This document shows, piece after piece, positions 12,881 through 25,578 of a stretch of DNA of 64,000 bases; position 1 is the stretch's first letter, and each line of letters starts with the position of its first letter. Made by a program: the position numbers and the translations under genes. Below the pieces are notes generated by a model. It was given only the letters and a program-made list of their open reading frames with translations. It made no database searches and had not been told where the DNA came from. Source of the stretch: Octopus sinensis (taxonomy: Eukaryota); assembly GCF_006345805.1 (NCBI RefSeq), contig NC_043014.1, forward strand, positions 45,260,001-45,324,000, read 5' to 3'.

Positions 12881-14440
12881 ATAATAATACACACACACAC
12901 TTAACTGTCATATTTTATAATTCTTCATGTCCCATGTTACATGGAAGTTATTTATTATGTATTGTATGCACTCAATAGAAGAGAGAAGCTTAATGAGATT
13001 TAAGAATAAAAAAAAAAACTTTCTATGTGCCAACCCCAAACAAGAAAGAGAATGTCTTAACAATAAATTAACCCCATGATATTGATTAAAAGCAAGCAAA
13101 CGAAAGAAGTAATAAAGACCCATTTTCCAAAATTCTATTGATGTTTAATACAAAGAACATCATTAGTATCTTGAGAATCTACTCAATGTTTTAGTCTGGC
13201 GATCTCTACTACATACATCTACTGTATCACCAAAGTGAGATATGATAGTATATTTAGATATGGCTGAAATTATTTTATCATCTGAGTTACTATAATGAAA
13301 CATAAATCTTGTAGAGAATAGATTTTCACTGTAAACATGCACAGTGTAATTGTAGTGTGATTTCATAAAAATCACATTCATAACAAAAGAACTTAAGGCA
13401 AATAAACTATATTATTTTTCATAATATTAGAAAGACTGCAAGGCTTAGTTAAACAGCCTGTCAATACATTAGTCCAGTATTTTATATATTACACTAAATG
13501 TGTGGGTGAAATTGCATACAATTGGTTTAATTAAATTTAATAAAAATATTTTGATAAAGAGTCTTACAATAAAATCTCTAATATATTATAACTAAATTAC
13601 ATTATTCATGAAACAATGGCACCATAAATAGTCAGAAAGTAGAATACAAAGGAATCAATCCCCAAGTTATGAAATCACAGGTAAAAATAGTACTCTTGAG
13701 AATTTACCCCTTAATGCATTTAAATGACATTATAGACTAATGTACAGAATTTGTAAAGTTTTTTCCCATACACACACAATTATTTGTTGCAATTGACTCT
13801 ACCACTTGTGTCAGACCTAGGGTAAGCAAATACATATCAATCAACAAAATAACTGGTTACATTTCACTCAGCAAAATAATTACTTTGACTAAAATTTCAA
13901 TTTTAGTTTTAACTTTCACTATATGATTTATGTTCAGAGAAGGGAGGACTTATGTATGTTACTAGAATCATCATTATATATATATATATATATATATAAA
14001 GAAAAAGTACTTATGATACCGACTTCAAAATCTGAGAACTGCAATGATTAAAACACACTATCTCCAACATATCTCATTAAAGGCATACCACATAACAGAT
14101 AATGAATTAGAGGAAGAGAAGTGATAAAAATATCAATTACAATCCAATAGGTTTATTTGTTTCCCCATGATGTTAAAGGCATTATCAAGTCAAACACCAT
14201 ATTTATTTACAAATAAGTTTAACCTTATTAGTTTTACACACTACTTATTCAAAAAAATTCGGTGCAATTTTATTATATAGTTATTTTGAGCCAAAGAGCC
14301 TAATGACGTGAAGAAGCAAATTTTAAAGACATTATGACATTTAAGTCATTAGGTTGATTGACAGCACTTATAATTCAGTCTACTGAGTTGAAAATATGGA
14401 ATGTATGTGATTAAAAAACTATATTCCCTATTGGATATAA

Positions 14441-14780
14441 TCTCTTTATATATAAACGGCAAAATGTCTGCGTGTGTGTCCTTTATACAAATCCATAATT
14501 TTTCAGTTAGAGAGCTCGCACTTTCTATGGTCATTCAAAACCGTCCAAGGGTGGTCGTGCACATCTTTACACTTCCCCAGTCACGCCGCAAAGCCATTAA
14601 AAAATCAATAGAAGTGACTTTTTTGTGAATTTTCTATCCAAAACTTGATACGCCAATTGAATGCCAGCTAGCTGTATGTGATTGGTCAGAGATTTGGACA
14701 GTACTCGCGTGTATGTGTGCACACAGCTGTATATGCATGCACTAGCACTATGACCCAGCGTTGCCGGGTCATAGTGCTAG
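14441..14780 (+). mobile_element. Non-autonomous Helitron (340 bp)
   Basis: 5' TC (tctctttatatataaa), 3' CTAG, inserted between A(14440) and T(14781), no TSD, subterminal GC-containing hairpin. These are the canonical Helitron hallmarks. Confidence 0.8.
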
Positions 14781-15289
14781 TTGGTAAATAAAATATTTTT
14801 TTCAACTTAAGACAACTCTGCTTGAAAATACTTACTTAGGAATTCTTGCAAGTTTCTAAATCTTGAACTGCAAGCCTGTCTTCATATTAAGAAAGCAACA
14901 AATGTAAATATTGTAATCATAATCCTTATTCTAAAACCGTTTTCCCCTACTGGTATAGCTTGGCCAATATTTTTAATACACTATCTCACCATGTCTCTTA
15001 AGTATGTTTCACATTATTTCAGAAGACCAAAACATTCTCTTATTTAACTTTTCCACTTTTCTTCAAACTTCTTCATCAAATTCTATCATGGCTATCTATC
15101 ACTGAAGCACAAGCAACCAAATCTTCCTCAAACTTATCCTACCAGCTTAAAAAAAAGATGAAAATATTAAATTTTTTTAATAAGATAGTTAGAAGCAAAG
15201 GAAGATTTACACATCTTTTTTGCAAGCCTTAAACATTTGAGATTTATATAGTTATATTCAGCTTGAGTATCTGTAGGTCAATGTCTATA

Positions 15290-15664
15290 GAAAATGTGGG
15301 TTGGGAAGGAATTCTAGAGGGTTACAGTTCTGAGGAAGAAAGATTGGTAAAATGACTAATCTGGAGTTTGAGTGATGAAACTTGAAATAGTGATGATGGG
15401 TGACTCTAATTGGATAAGGCATGCAAATGGCTAGTTCAGAGAAATAGACAATTGGATTAGCTGTAGAAAATGCAGAGGAAAGAAACAGTGCATTTATAAG
15501 GTAGTGGTTGAAGCATGCTGTTTTCTGAATCTTCCTTATAAGATTAAAGCCTTTCTGAGGGATGTAGTCCAGGATATATGTATAGAGGCAACAACATCCC
15601 AAATATGTGAACAATATACAAATAGGGTCTTGAGCTTTGTAAAAGATTAGCAACTGATCAAGGC
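15290..15664 (-). mobile_element. Degenerate CR1/Jockey-type LINE ORF2 C-terminal fragment
   Basis: Frameshifted translation LDQLLIFYKAQ / YCSHIWD / ILDYIPQKGFNLI / SELA matches the post-RT motif LYKAQxRPxxEYCSHIW...LDxIQxKAxRLI. Confidence 0.75.
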
Positions 15665-15893
15665 TTAACCCTTTCATTACCAACCCGGCCGAAACCGGCT
15701 CTGGCTCTGTAGTACAAATGTCTTGTTTTCATGAGTTTTTAATTAAAATCTTCCACCAAACCTTAGTCACAATTAATGTTCCTAACACTAGCTTAATGGT
15801 AACTAAGTTATTTTACTAAATTCTTTGTTATATTTAAAATAATTGAAAGAAACACAGAGCATCTCAAAATAAATACAGTAATGAAAGGGTTAA
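15665..15893. mobile_element. piggyBac-type MITE (subfamily F1)
   Basis: TTAA on both sides; perfect 12-bp TIR ccctttcattac/gtaatgaaaggg; near-identical to 36195-36423. Confidence 0.92.
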
Positions 15894-16504
15894 ACTATTT
15901 CCTGGTCCAAAGGAGAAATTCTGGTCCTTATGAAACAGTTTTGGTAATGCTATATGTGTAGAATCATCAAATCAGAAACCCAGCAAGCATTTAACTCCAA
16001 CATAAGCCAAAAACAAGCAGTAATTAGTAGTATATTAACAACTCTAACAATAGCCACACCACACATCACAGTAACAACATCAAGTAACATATTTATATAT
16101 ATGTAAACTCCTTTATTAGATACTTTTATAAAAAATTGAATTTTAGAAAATGAATTCATTTTCTGCCTCTCTCTGAACAGACATACTCATCAACAAAGAA
16201 TCTGAAATTCTCTGAATGGGGTTCCATGGGGATCCAATTTGTTACGCACTTTTTTTTCCGCTTACACTTAGATGACCACATCACATTGCCACAAAACACA
16301 CTAACTCAAAGACAGATGATAATATTGTCACATCTTCCCAGTATCACATTCTTATAAAAACACCTTTAATTTGAAAACAAAATCCATACATAATGTAGCA
16401 ATTAATAAATCTAAAGAAATCAGATCTCAGTCCATTTTGATAAGTAACCAGTTGTTTGATCAACTGAATTACCAGCTCATTCAATTAGCAAATGAGTGGC
16501 TGAA

Positions 16505-16735
16505 GGTGCCATAAACATTAACTTAATTCTTAGGTAGAATCAACATGACACGGTGTGAGGCAAGTCATCCATCAAACGGGTTTCTATATATTTTCCATTT
16601 ACCTAATTTCATTCACAAGGCTTAAGTCAATCTAAGACTATGGCAAAAAAAAAAAACACTAGCTCAAGATGTCATGCAATGGCACTAAACCCCAAATCTC
16701 ATGATTGTGAATCAAATTTCTTAATCATTCAACCA
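16505..16735 (-). mobile_element. Degenerate SINE family C
   Basis: ttttccatttacctaatttcattcacaaggct...gctcaagatgtcatgcaatggcactaaacc aligns to family C. Confidence 0.55.
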
Positions 16736-17548
16736 AAAATATACCAATGTTAAAGCACATATAAAATGTACTGCACAAAAAAAAAGAGACAAAACAATTA
16801 GAAAATGCTCCAATATTCCAATATTGAAGCAACTATTCATTTAGATTTAGTTTTCAGGATTTTCTACACAAAGAAAGGATAAATCAAGTGTTAAGATCCT
16901 TAAGCAAGGATTGACTGTGAAGTGTCAACATATGCAAGCTTCAGGTAAACATATTTTATTGACTCAGAAATGTTTATTTGTAGCAATTCTATTGCTAACT
17001 GCTTAACTGCTGATAATGTTTGAGCTGACTTATTTGGATACCCAATAATAGACACCAACTTTTCATCAAAGTGACTTGTAATAATAATAATAAAAGCAAT
17101 AACAATAATTAACAAAACATCACTTGCTTTTGTTCTTGATTCTGAACACTTACATAATATAACCTTGCAGAAGGAAAAAAAGTATCTGAGAAAAATAATA
17201 AAATATAATTTCTTTTCCATTTATACCTCTAGGAGTGGATATATTTGACAACAAACAGAACCCGGTAAAGAAAACATTCATTAGATTGCTCTTTAACTAA
17301 TTATTGCAGCTTTAATTGGTTTTTCGACATCAAGACATTGACTATTTTGTTGTGACAACACGTGCACACATACACACACACACATGCACGCACAAGCAAA
17401 CATACGCACGCACGCACACACAAACACACAGATATGCATTGAATGTTTGGCTGTACAAATAGAAGCAGGAATATTCAATATATGTAGTAAAGTTTATTTT
17501 ATTCTTTTGAAGCTGTCACAATTTGGTGTTTCTCATTATATGATAAAC

Positions 17549-17732
17549 CACTGAGAGACCTTCTATGTGGTTACTCAACCTACTAGAAATACTAACCAAA
17601 TATCTCCTCAAATTACACCCAACTTTCTCACAATAAAGAAGAAAAAATACAAGATAGTCATGATGGAACATCGTTGATCATAGGTCCCTGCTGTCAGGGC
17701 TGACATAAGTTTAATAACACAAAAACAACAAT
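17549..17732 (+). mobile_element. Repeat family G, degenerate
   Basis: ctagaaatact.accaaatatctcctcaaattacaccc...gatcataggtc...cagggctgac...aacaa matches the other G copies. Confidence 0.6.
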
Positions 17733-18339
17733 ATATGAAGTGAAAAGTCTTAAGTAATACTCCAATATTTTCTTCATATAAGAAACAATGACAATACAAA
17801 ACAACTGCATCCATGAACAAACTAGTTCGGTATTCCTACCAATTAATTATTAATAATAAGCACTTACTAAGGGATAATGCCACCTGTATATGTTTTGCTT
17901 GGAGGCATGATAGAAAATCCTTGATGATCGGTTCATTAATACTCTAGAAGAAACTCAACACCCAAGTTGAGAGGGGAATGTTCTGTCATATACATAACTG
18001 TTACAATGTACAGGCTTTCTATTAATATAACGAAATCATTTTGTCAACTCACAAAGAGTAATTGAAAATACATTAATGCATCAGTAACATATTAAATATG
18101 CCTATATACAATCTTCTTCAGTAACCTACTTTGGTTTTTTTCTTTTTCTTTTTTAGTCTTTAGCAACAAAAAGTCAAGAAAAGCATAAAGAAAACTAAAC
18201 CAAAATATAAGAGATTTATTTATTTATTGAATCAATACACTTACCACATAATAGGTGTATCATGACAATAGCTAAAACTGTAAATTGTATGAATATTTCA
18301 AATAAAACTGAGATTAATTAGAATTGTTTATCTTACTAT

Positions 18340-18835
18340 CTTTGGTGTGTGTATATTTTTCGCATCCAGCAGTCATTGTGGCAAGACACATTTGTTTGTT
18401 TCTCTGTGGCCTTAAGGCACTCTTCTATAGCCAGCTCAAAACTTAACTCGTCCTGTCGAAAAGACGCTTGTCCTGACGTCCTGGTTTTGTTGTTATTATT
18501 ACCATTATTGTTTTTACGTATTTTGTATTCTTATTCGTGCTATCATTATTGTTTTTACGTATTTTTGTATTTTTATTTGTGTAACATCATCCGTTTTCCA
18601 TCCCTGTGTTGTATACATTCGAGGCTTTCTTCCAAGGAATCTAATGCGCTTGGCTTAGATTTCCCTTGGGGGCTGCCCAGATCGGAGCAATCTCAAGATT
18701 AATCAGCCGAAATTGCGAAGATGATCCGGTTCTTGACTGATGATTGAGGGGTTCGAATGTCCTGTCCATGTTTTTTGTGTCGTCTTCTAAATGTTTCCCG
18801 TTCTTGTCCCAGTTTGTATATTTTTTTACTTTTAC
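18340..18835. mobile_element. Unclassified repeat fragment abutting a (TA)n tract
   Basis: CpG-containing higher-GC island with an internal ~35-bp tandem duplication (~18502-18580), ending at (TA)n ~18838-18870. No recognisable protein. Confidence 0.4.
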
Positions 18836-18837
18836 AC

Positions 18838-18870
<33 letters not shown>

Positions 18871-18873
<3 letters not shown>

Positions 18874-19108
18874 TCATCATCATCGTTTAACGTCCGTTTT
18901 CCATGCTAGCATGGGTTGGATGGTTCGACCGGGGTCTGGGAAGCCAGGAGGCTGCACCAGGCTCCAATCTGATCTGGCAGTGTTTCTACAGCTGGATGCT
19001 CTTCCTAACGCCAACCACACCATGAGTGTAGTGGGTGCTTTTTATGTGCCACAGGCACAGAAGCCAGTCAAGGCAACAGCCATGTTCAGATGGTGCTTTT
19101 TACGTGCC
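18871..19108 (-). mobile_element. SINE family A
   Basis: Matches 6481-6731 along its length. Confidence 0.9.
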
Positions 19109-20765
19109 AACTACAATTACAATTTCCATTTGATTTTTTGATGTTGATGTACTTGACTCAACAGGTCTCCTCAAGCACAGTAGGTCGCCCTACGATCCAA
19201 GGTAAACACAGCAGGACATCCTGCAATCCAAAGTACTTTTATTATATTCTGCACCTTACATACAAAATAAGATCCAATAAACACATTGTTTTTTTTGGGG
19301 GGGGGGCGAATAAAAATAATGGATACTTCTTACCTCAAAGGATTCATGTATTAGTTGAACACAAAACAATTGAAAAGTATTTCTTACCTAGAAATTTAAT
19401 AGAAAAATAAAAACCATTAATTTAGCATAAACATACAGATACATACAAACTCATATATATCATCATCACTCAATGTCACTTTTTCCATGCTAGCATGGGT
19501 TGAAGGGTTTGACAAGAACAGACAAGCTAGAGGGCTCTGCCAGGTTCTATGTCTACACACATGTCATAACCTTTTTGTATGAAAATATGCAGTCTGAAAA
19601 ACCTGCCACTGGTCTTGTATTAATTCTATGAACAGAGACCTTAAAAACACCTTATGAAAACATTACAATTTATTCTCCTTTTGTAATAACACCAAGACAA
19701 AATCACCTTAACTCTTTTCATACAAAACCGCCTGAGGCCAACTTTGGTTCAATGACAAACTTCTTGTTTTAAAATGATCTAACTTAAAACATTATTAATT
19801 TATCTATACTTCAGCTTAATTGCAGCAATGTTATTTTACCAAGTTCTTTATTCTTTTCAAAATTAACTGAAATAAAAGTAATGTATTTCAACAGAAATAT
19901 GGTAACAAAAGGGATAAATATCAAGGTAACAGTCATGTGTTGCATCTCATTTGCACACAAATGACACACAACTAAATTCCGCAAAATTTGGTGCAAATAC
20001 CAGGCCTAACAGTTGGCGATGGTGTTTTATGATAACCACATATCAATAACATTGTACATTTTTTTTACAACAACTAGCAGCATCCTAATCACCAGGCTTC
20101 CCTCTTCAGAGCCAGAAATTCCTTGTACCTTGATTACATACTACCTGATCTCCTGTCCCCAACACTAACACATGGAAACATGGCTATACAAGCACTACCA
20201 GCCATCCCTGGCTGAAGACTACCTCTGGGCATGAAACATTAGTAACAAAACATAGCTTGGACTAATATACAAACTATATCAATTTTATTTAAGGTTTTAG
20301 GTTATTTTTGCTTTACCTGTAGTTATTTTCTAAACAGAAATACTTGCAAATATAATTTCCTAACCAATATATATACATATACAAGTAGACATATATGTGT
20401 AACATATAACATATTCTTTCCATGTATCCTATAAAAACTAACTCCAAACATAGAAAAATAGTTTGAATAGGTTTTATTCATGATAGTGTTTTTAATATTT
20501 CACATGAAATGTCTGCACAGCTACCAGACACCTTTTGTTAAAATCAGAAGGTCTCAGGTGAACAATTAAATTCGCTAAGTAAAGCCTTCTTCATATGAAT
20601 GAATGTAGAATATGCTGGAATAAAACAATTTGCACAATTGAGAAATAAATTCAATGGCATGAAAGGCTATTTCATTGGATAAAAAACAGTCATGTGGCAT
20701 GCAAAACAGCAAGAGTTGTCTTTTTTGTATCAAGTTTCGAAGAGATCGGGAAATCACCACCTTTG

Positions 20766-20908
20766 CATCATCATCATCATCATCACCACCACCACCACCA
20801 CCACAACCACCACAACCACCACCACCACCATCATCATCACTGTCACCACCACCACCAACACCACCACCACCACCATCATCACCAGCACCATCACCATCAT
20901 CATCACTA
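20766..20908. repeat. (CAT)/(CAC)n trinucleotide tract
   Basis: Directly visible; source of the poly-H/P/T/G/D ORFs. Confidence 0.95.
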
Positions 20909-21900
20909 TGATATATGATTACATGTGTGTGTATAAATTTATATACACAAGTACACACATACACACACATTATGTATGTATATGCCATTGTGCTTATACA
21001 TCTGTGTCTTGATGTTGCTTGAAGCGTAAAAATAATGTCACTGTTTAGATTGAATGAATGTTTACACCTGCTATAAAAACATGTCCAGCAGTTGTGCAGT
21101 TCATCATGCAAAAGGTCAGAGGAAAAAACACCTTTCTTTGAAACAAGTGAAGGTTAGCAACAAGCATAGACGTCTGACCATAGAATACTGCCTCAATGAA
21201 GCCTCATCCAACCTATGCTAGCATGGAAAAAGCAGTTGCAAAAATGATGAAATATAAGTGTGTGTGTGCGTGCATATATTTAGTCATGCCTACTTATACT
21301 GAGACACACAGACACACGAATATAATACTGTATAGTGATTATAATTATGTGGATCTGATAACAATTACCACCTTGATGCTATATGAATTCAAGTAATATC
21401 CATTTAGAGAACAATCCTCTTATTATCTATGATAAGCCACTGATATGAAAAGAATGTTAGTCCTTATTACAAAGGACAAAACAGTCAGCTATTTATACAA
21501 GCCAATGTTATGTGACTATTTAGATAATCATAGAACTAAAATAGGAAAATATCGTAAACTTCATCAGATTTTCAGGTATATTAATTTACAAACCGATATT
21601 AATTTTAAACAAATAACTTCAATATCCTTTTTTCTTAACCCATTCACAACCACACTCATCACTTCATAGACATAAGTTTCAATCAAATTTTAAAATAAAA
21701 TTTAAGTCAATTGAATGACTTAATAAAAATATCCAACTTTATCATTGATTAGCATATTAAACGAGTGTTTGGAATAAATTAACAAAGGTTTCTTATATCA
21801 GATTGTAACAGAATGAATATTTTTGAGCTAATGGTTTTTTATTCATGTGGGTTGATAAAAGAATAACCTTTTTAATCAATTTTATCTTTTATAGATACCA

Positions 21901-22120
21901 GGATTGTGAGCTGGCAGAATCATTAGCACACTGAATGAAATGCTTAGAGGTAGTTCGTCTGTCTTTACATTCTGAGTTCAAATTCCACCGAGTTCAACTT
22001 TGCCTTTCATGCTTTCGGGGTCGATAAATTAAGTACCAGTTGTGTACAACGGTTGATCTAATTGACTGGCCCCCTCCCCCAAAATTTTGGGCTTTGTGCC
22101 TAGAGTAGAAAAGAATATTA
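21901..22120 (+). mobile_element. SINE family B (alternative 3' end B2)
   Basis: Family B head and core followed by ggccccctccccc...gtgcctagagtagaaaagaatatt, as at 25579 and in the 58668 cluster. Confidence 0.85.
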
Positions 22121-22149
22121 TCTACTGTCTAACTTTACTGCCCAAGTTA

Positions 22150-23180
22150 CATTCTTCACTCAAACTTCACTCTTGAAAGGTGGTGTTTGCACATATATAG
22201 ATTCCATTCTCCCTGCAGGGAACAACAAAGAATTAATGTTACTCTGACTCAAAGTCTCCACCCACTGCACATGTGCACATGCACACACACACACTTCTCT
22301 AAATATATTTGCTTCTTTTCCTGGTCTCTTAACTCTTTAAATCACCACCAACTCTCCAACCAAATAATTTGGTCACTGTCTTACCAAAACTACCCAACAC
22401 ATATTTACCCACTACACAAAGCCACCAGCCTTACTTGAACCCAAAATCCTATGGCATTCTACCAAACTCACCATGATGCACACATACATGTCAAGTGTAA
22501 AAATATGTATGGTTACAAGGCCACTAGTATTCCTATACTCACCAAATTTTACAATATCTCTTTCTCTTGCCCTCTTTCACTCTCTCTCTCTAGAGATATA
22601 TCGTGATCTTTGGTTCCCAAGATGGGTAACTCCTCTGGCCTTGCCAGCTATCATCCTAGCGCATACATTTTCTGTATTTAACAATTGTATTTTTTACACC
22701 TCTCTCTTTCTCCTTATGACCACAAGTACAGCTTTTATAAAACAAGATATACTGGAGGCCTACTATCCTCCCCACTAGTGGACCCTCACCCAAGGAAAAT
22801 TTGGTGAAAGCAGTGACATTGCCTTTGACATCAGCAAAACTTTCAACCATATCTGGCATGCAAAATGCCTGTCAAAACTGACAGCCTATTCTATTTGCAT
22901 TACAGCATCCTCTATTTGATGAAGCTGGCTGGCCTCATGCCATCTCCACTCAAGCATTCTCAATACATTTATCTCACCTCTCATCAGCTATGTTGTATCC
23001 AGCCTCTCAGGCACTCACTAATCACTACACTCGATCCTTTCTTCTCTTTCTAAAACATCATCTCTCTGGAATTCTCTCGCTGCACATCTTGCATACACTT
23101 GTAAACTTCCAACAGCTTAGGTGGAGCAGTTTCCATCTCACAAATTTAGGAAAATTTATGAAGACTAGCCATGACCCCTT
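22150..23180 (+). mobile_element. Degenerate CR1/Jockey-type LINE (APE endonuclease plus RT remnants)
   Basis: KGGVCTYI at 22176 (endonuclease), YPTHI, and FGESSDIAFDISKTFNHIWHAKCLSKL at ~22800-22880, which matches the RT motif xxLDISKAFDRVWHxxLLxKL. Many stops and deletions. Confidence 0.8.
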
Positions 23181-23219
23181 TCTCTAAATCTAGGTAATGA
23201 AGAATGAATAGATATATTC

Positions 23220-23755
23220 TTAGTGGTTAAGTTTGATATCCAATGGTGCATTGTGTCCTTGAGCAAGAAATTTTATTTCACATTGCAAGCAAAAATGAGT
23301 AGTACCTGTAATTCAAAGGGCCAGCTTCATCACATCCTGTACCACACTGAATCTTTCTGAGAACTATGTTAAGGGTATGTGTGTTGGTGGGTATGTGAGT
23401 ATGTTAGGCGGCGAGCTGGCAGAACCATTAGCAACCCGGGCGAAATGCGTAGCCGTATTTCGTCTGCCGTTACGTTCTGAGTTCAAATTCCGCCAAGGTC
23501 GACTTTGCCTTTCATCCTTTCGGGGTTGATAAATTAAGTACCAGTTACGCACTGGGGTCGATGTAATCGACTTAATCCGTTTGTCTGTCCTTGTTTGTCT
23601 CCTCTGTGTTTAGCCCCTTGTGGGTAGTAAAGAAATACGTATGTGTGTCGGTGGAGTGCTCAGACACTTGCACATTAATTCCATAAGCAGGCTGTTCCAT
23701 TGATTGGATCAACTGGAATCCTCATTATCATAACCAATGAAGTGCCAGTTTTTTT
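23220..23755 (+). mobile_element. SINE family H interrupted by a family B insertion
   Basis: cattgtgtccttgagcaag...gcaaaaatgagtagtacctgtaattcaaagggccag before the insert; resumes at ~23639. Confidence 0.65.
23406..23637 (+). mobile_element. Full-length young SINE family B (B1 end)
   Basis: CpG-rich, intact head aggcggcgagctggcagaa and B-box gagttcaaattcc; flanking repeat gtatgtgtgtYggtgg at 23375-23390 and 23639-23654. Confidence 0.92.
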
Positions 23756-23928
23756 GTTTTGTTTTTTTGGTCATGTTTGTTTTACATCAAGCAAGACAAT
23801 CTTTTTACCACTTTCACATAAATACAGTGAACCAGTGATTGGCCCATTAGGTGAGCCAACTGCATTACCGCAATTGCGCAACTTGTAACAAATGATGCAA
23901 TTGTTCAGAAACTGTGATAAAAAATTGA

Positions 23929-23959
<31 letters not shown>

Positions 23960-24518
23960 AACATTGTTTAGAAACTGTAAAGCACATTTGCTGTTAAGTA
24001 TTGGTTTATCCATTGCTAAAGGAAATAAAATACAAATTCAATTATAAAGAATTTATAATCTTCTCTGAAAACTGATAACATACTTCAAATATATGGAACA
24101 GTGGGAGAGGAGGTTTGGTTAAAAATTTGTTTATAGAAATTACTATTTAGATACGTTGAGATATTGTTTTCAAAATTTATAACAGATTTCAATTCTAGCG
24201 ATTCAAAAATGCATGCAATCTATAGCATTATTTATCTGGGGTGATGAAAGAAGGGGACATAATAGATTGCAGGTCTAAAATATCGTAAAGAACTTAATTT
24301 TTTGTCTCTGCATTCCAAGTTCAAATCGTTCCTACTCACTTTAACTTCCCCATTTCTGCCTTCTGGGATAAAAATAAATAAACCAATATTTATCAGGGCT
24401 AATTCTATCAATTATACCCTTCTACAAATATTGTCCTTGTTACTTAATTAATAGAAAACAACAGAGATATTGAGATAAATACATAATTAGCATCAATTTC
24501 AATATTGCCATTAGAATA

Positions 24519-25160
24519 CAGGGTGAATAAGGTATTTGAGGACAAACCATTTTTGGGTCATAGCTACATCAGATCTAAAAGGCTCTTAAACAAACTGAAA
24601 AATCCAGCAGAAGAAGATTTGATTTGGTTTTTCTCAAATGAGAAAAACTTCAACCAAATAAAGTTAACAGAAGAAATGACAGGTGGTTATGTGCAGACCC
24701 TTCTGAAGTTCTTAGTGTTATGCATACAAAATTTCCTGCAGCTGTCATGGTTTTAGGGGTTGGCAGTAATGAAGGATATATGATGCCTCCTTACTTCTTT
24801 CCACAAGGCCTTAGAGTTAACTGCTGCCTACATTGAGGTCCTGGAAATAATTGATAAGCCCTGGATAGACAGTGTATGCAATGGAAGGCCTTATGTGTTT
24901 CAGTAAGACTCTGCATTATCACACGTGGCTCTAGTAACACAGGAATGGATGACTGAAAATTTTAAGGATCACATAACCTCTAACATTTGGCCTCCTAATC
25001 CTCCAGATCTCAATCCATTTGACTATTACATGTGGAGCATTGTTGAGAGAGAGGTCAATAAACATGCCCATAACACCAAAGGTTCTTTGAAAGCTGCCAT
25101 TGTCAGAGTAATATCCAAAATGAACCAGGACCACTTGATGCGGCTGTTTAGCTGCCTTTA
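24519..25160 (+). mobile_element. Decayed Tc1/mariner DD37D (maT-type) transposase fragment
   Basis: FFSNEKNF...MVLGV.SNEG.MPPYFFPQGLRVN...YVFQ*DSALSH...WPPNPPDLNPFDYYMW; 37 residues between the 2nd and 3rd catalytic D; frameshifts and a stop; TA-CAGGGTG end-like motif at 24517-24525. Confidence 0.9.
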
Positions 25161-25334
25161 GTTTTGAGTCACAGGCCCAATTATCCCTCCACAGGAGCCG
25201 GCTTAAAAGTCCGCACAGAGTGCAGCTTTTAAGCTAGTTATAAACAGATGTCAATTCTGGTTTAAAGCTAGAGCCAGCTCTTTCAAGGACCATACACACT
25301 CCAATTTGTACAGTGAGCAAAACCATTTGTTATC

Positions 25335-25551
25335 AATAATGGTCTCAAATTTTGGCACAAGGCCAGCAATTTTGGAGGGAGGGATGAGTTGAATGCATCA
25401 ACCCCAGTACTCAACTGGTACTTATTTTCTTGACTCAGAAAGCATGAAAGGCAAAGTCAACCTAGGCGGAATTCGAACTCAGAACATAGATGGACTAAAT
25501 ACCATTAAACATTTTGCTCAGCATGTTAACAATTCTGTCAGCTCACTGCCT
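25335..25551 (-). mobile_element. SINE family B (B2)
   Basis: Full head, core and B2 end in reverse orientation. Confidence 0.85.
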
Positions 25552-25578
25552 TTATGTTATTAATAATGAAAGTAGTTT

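Noticed and set aside
15285-15683. NPIVY motif suggesting GPCR TM7
   Set aside because: The region is better explained as a frameshifted LINE ORF2 remnant; there is no transmembrane pattern.
18600-18780. CUGAUGA...UCGAAU (plus) and UGGAAGA...UCGAAU (minus) hammerhead-like strings
   Set aside because: They lack GAAA/A15.1-U16.1; the plus-strand version has no stem I, and the minus-strand version has two core mismatches.
20195-20260. CUGAAGA...GAAAC-auua-GUA hammerhead-like string
   Set aside because: No stem I pairing and a broken stem II; at most a decayed remnant.
20575-21111. 178-aa ORF and overlapping poly-H/P/T/G ORFs
   Set aside because: Driven by the (CAT)/(CAC)n tract. The flanking EIAFHAIEF resemblance to importin-beta is too short, and there is no splice support.
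25196-25240. Hairpin gcttaaaag...cttttaagc after the transposase
   Set aside because: A 9-bp stem only; it does not match the putative left TIR and no function can be supported.
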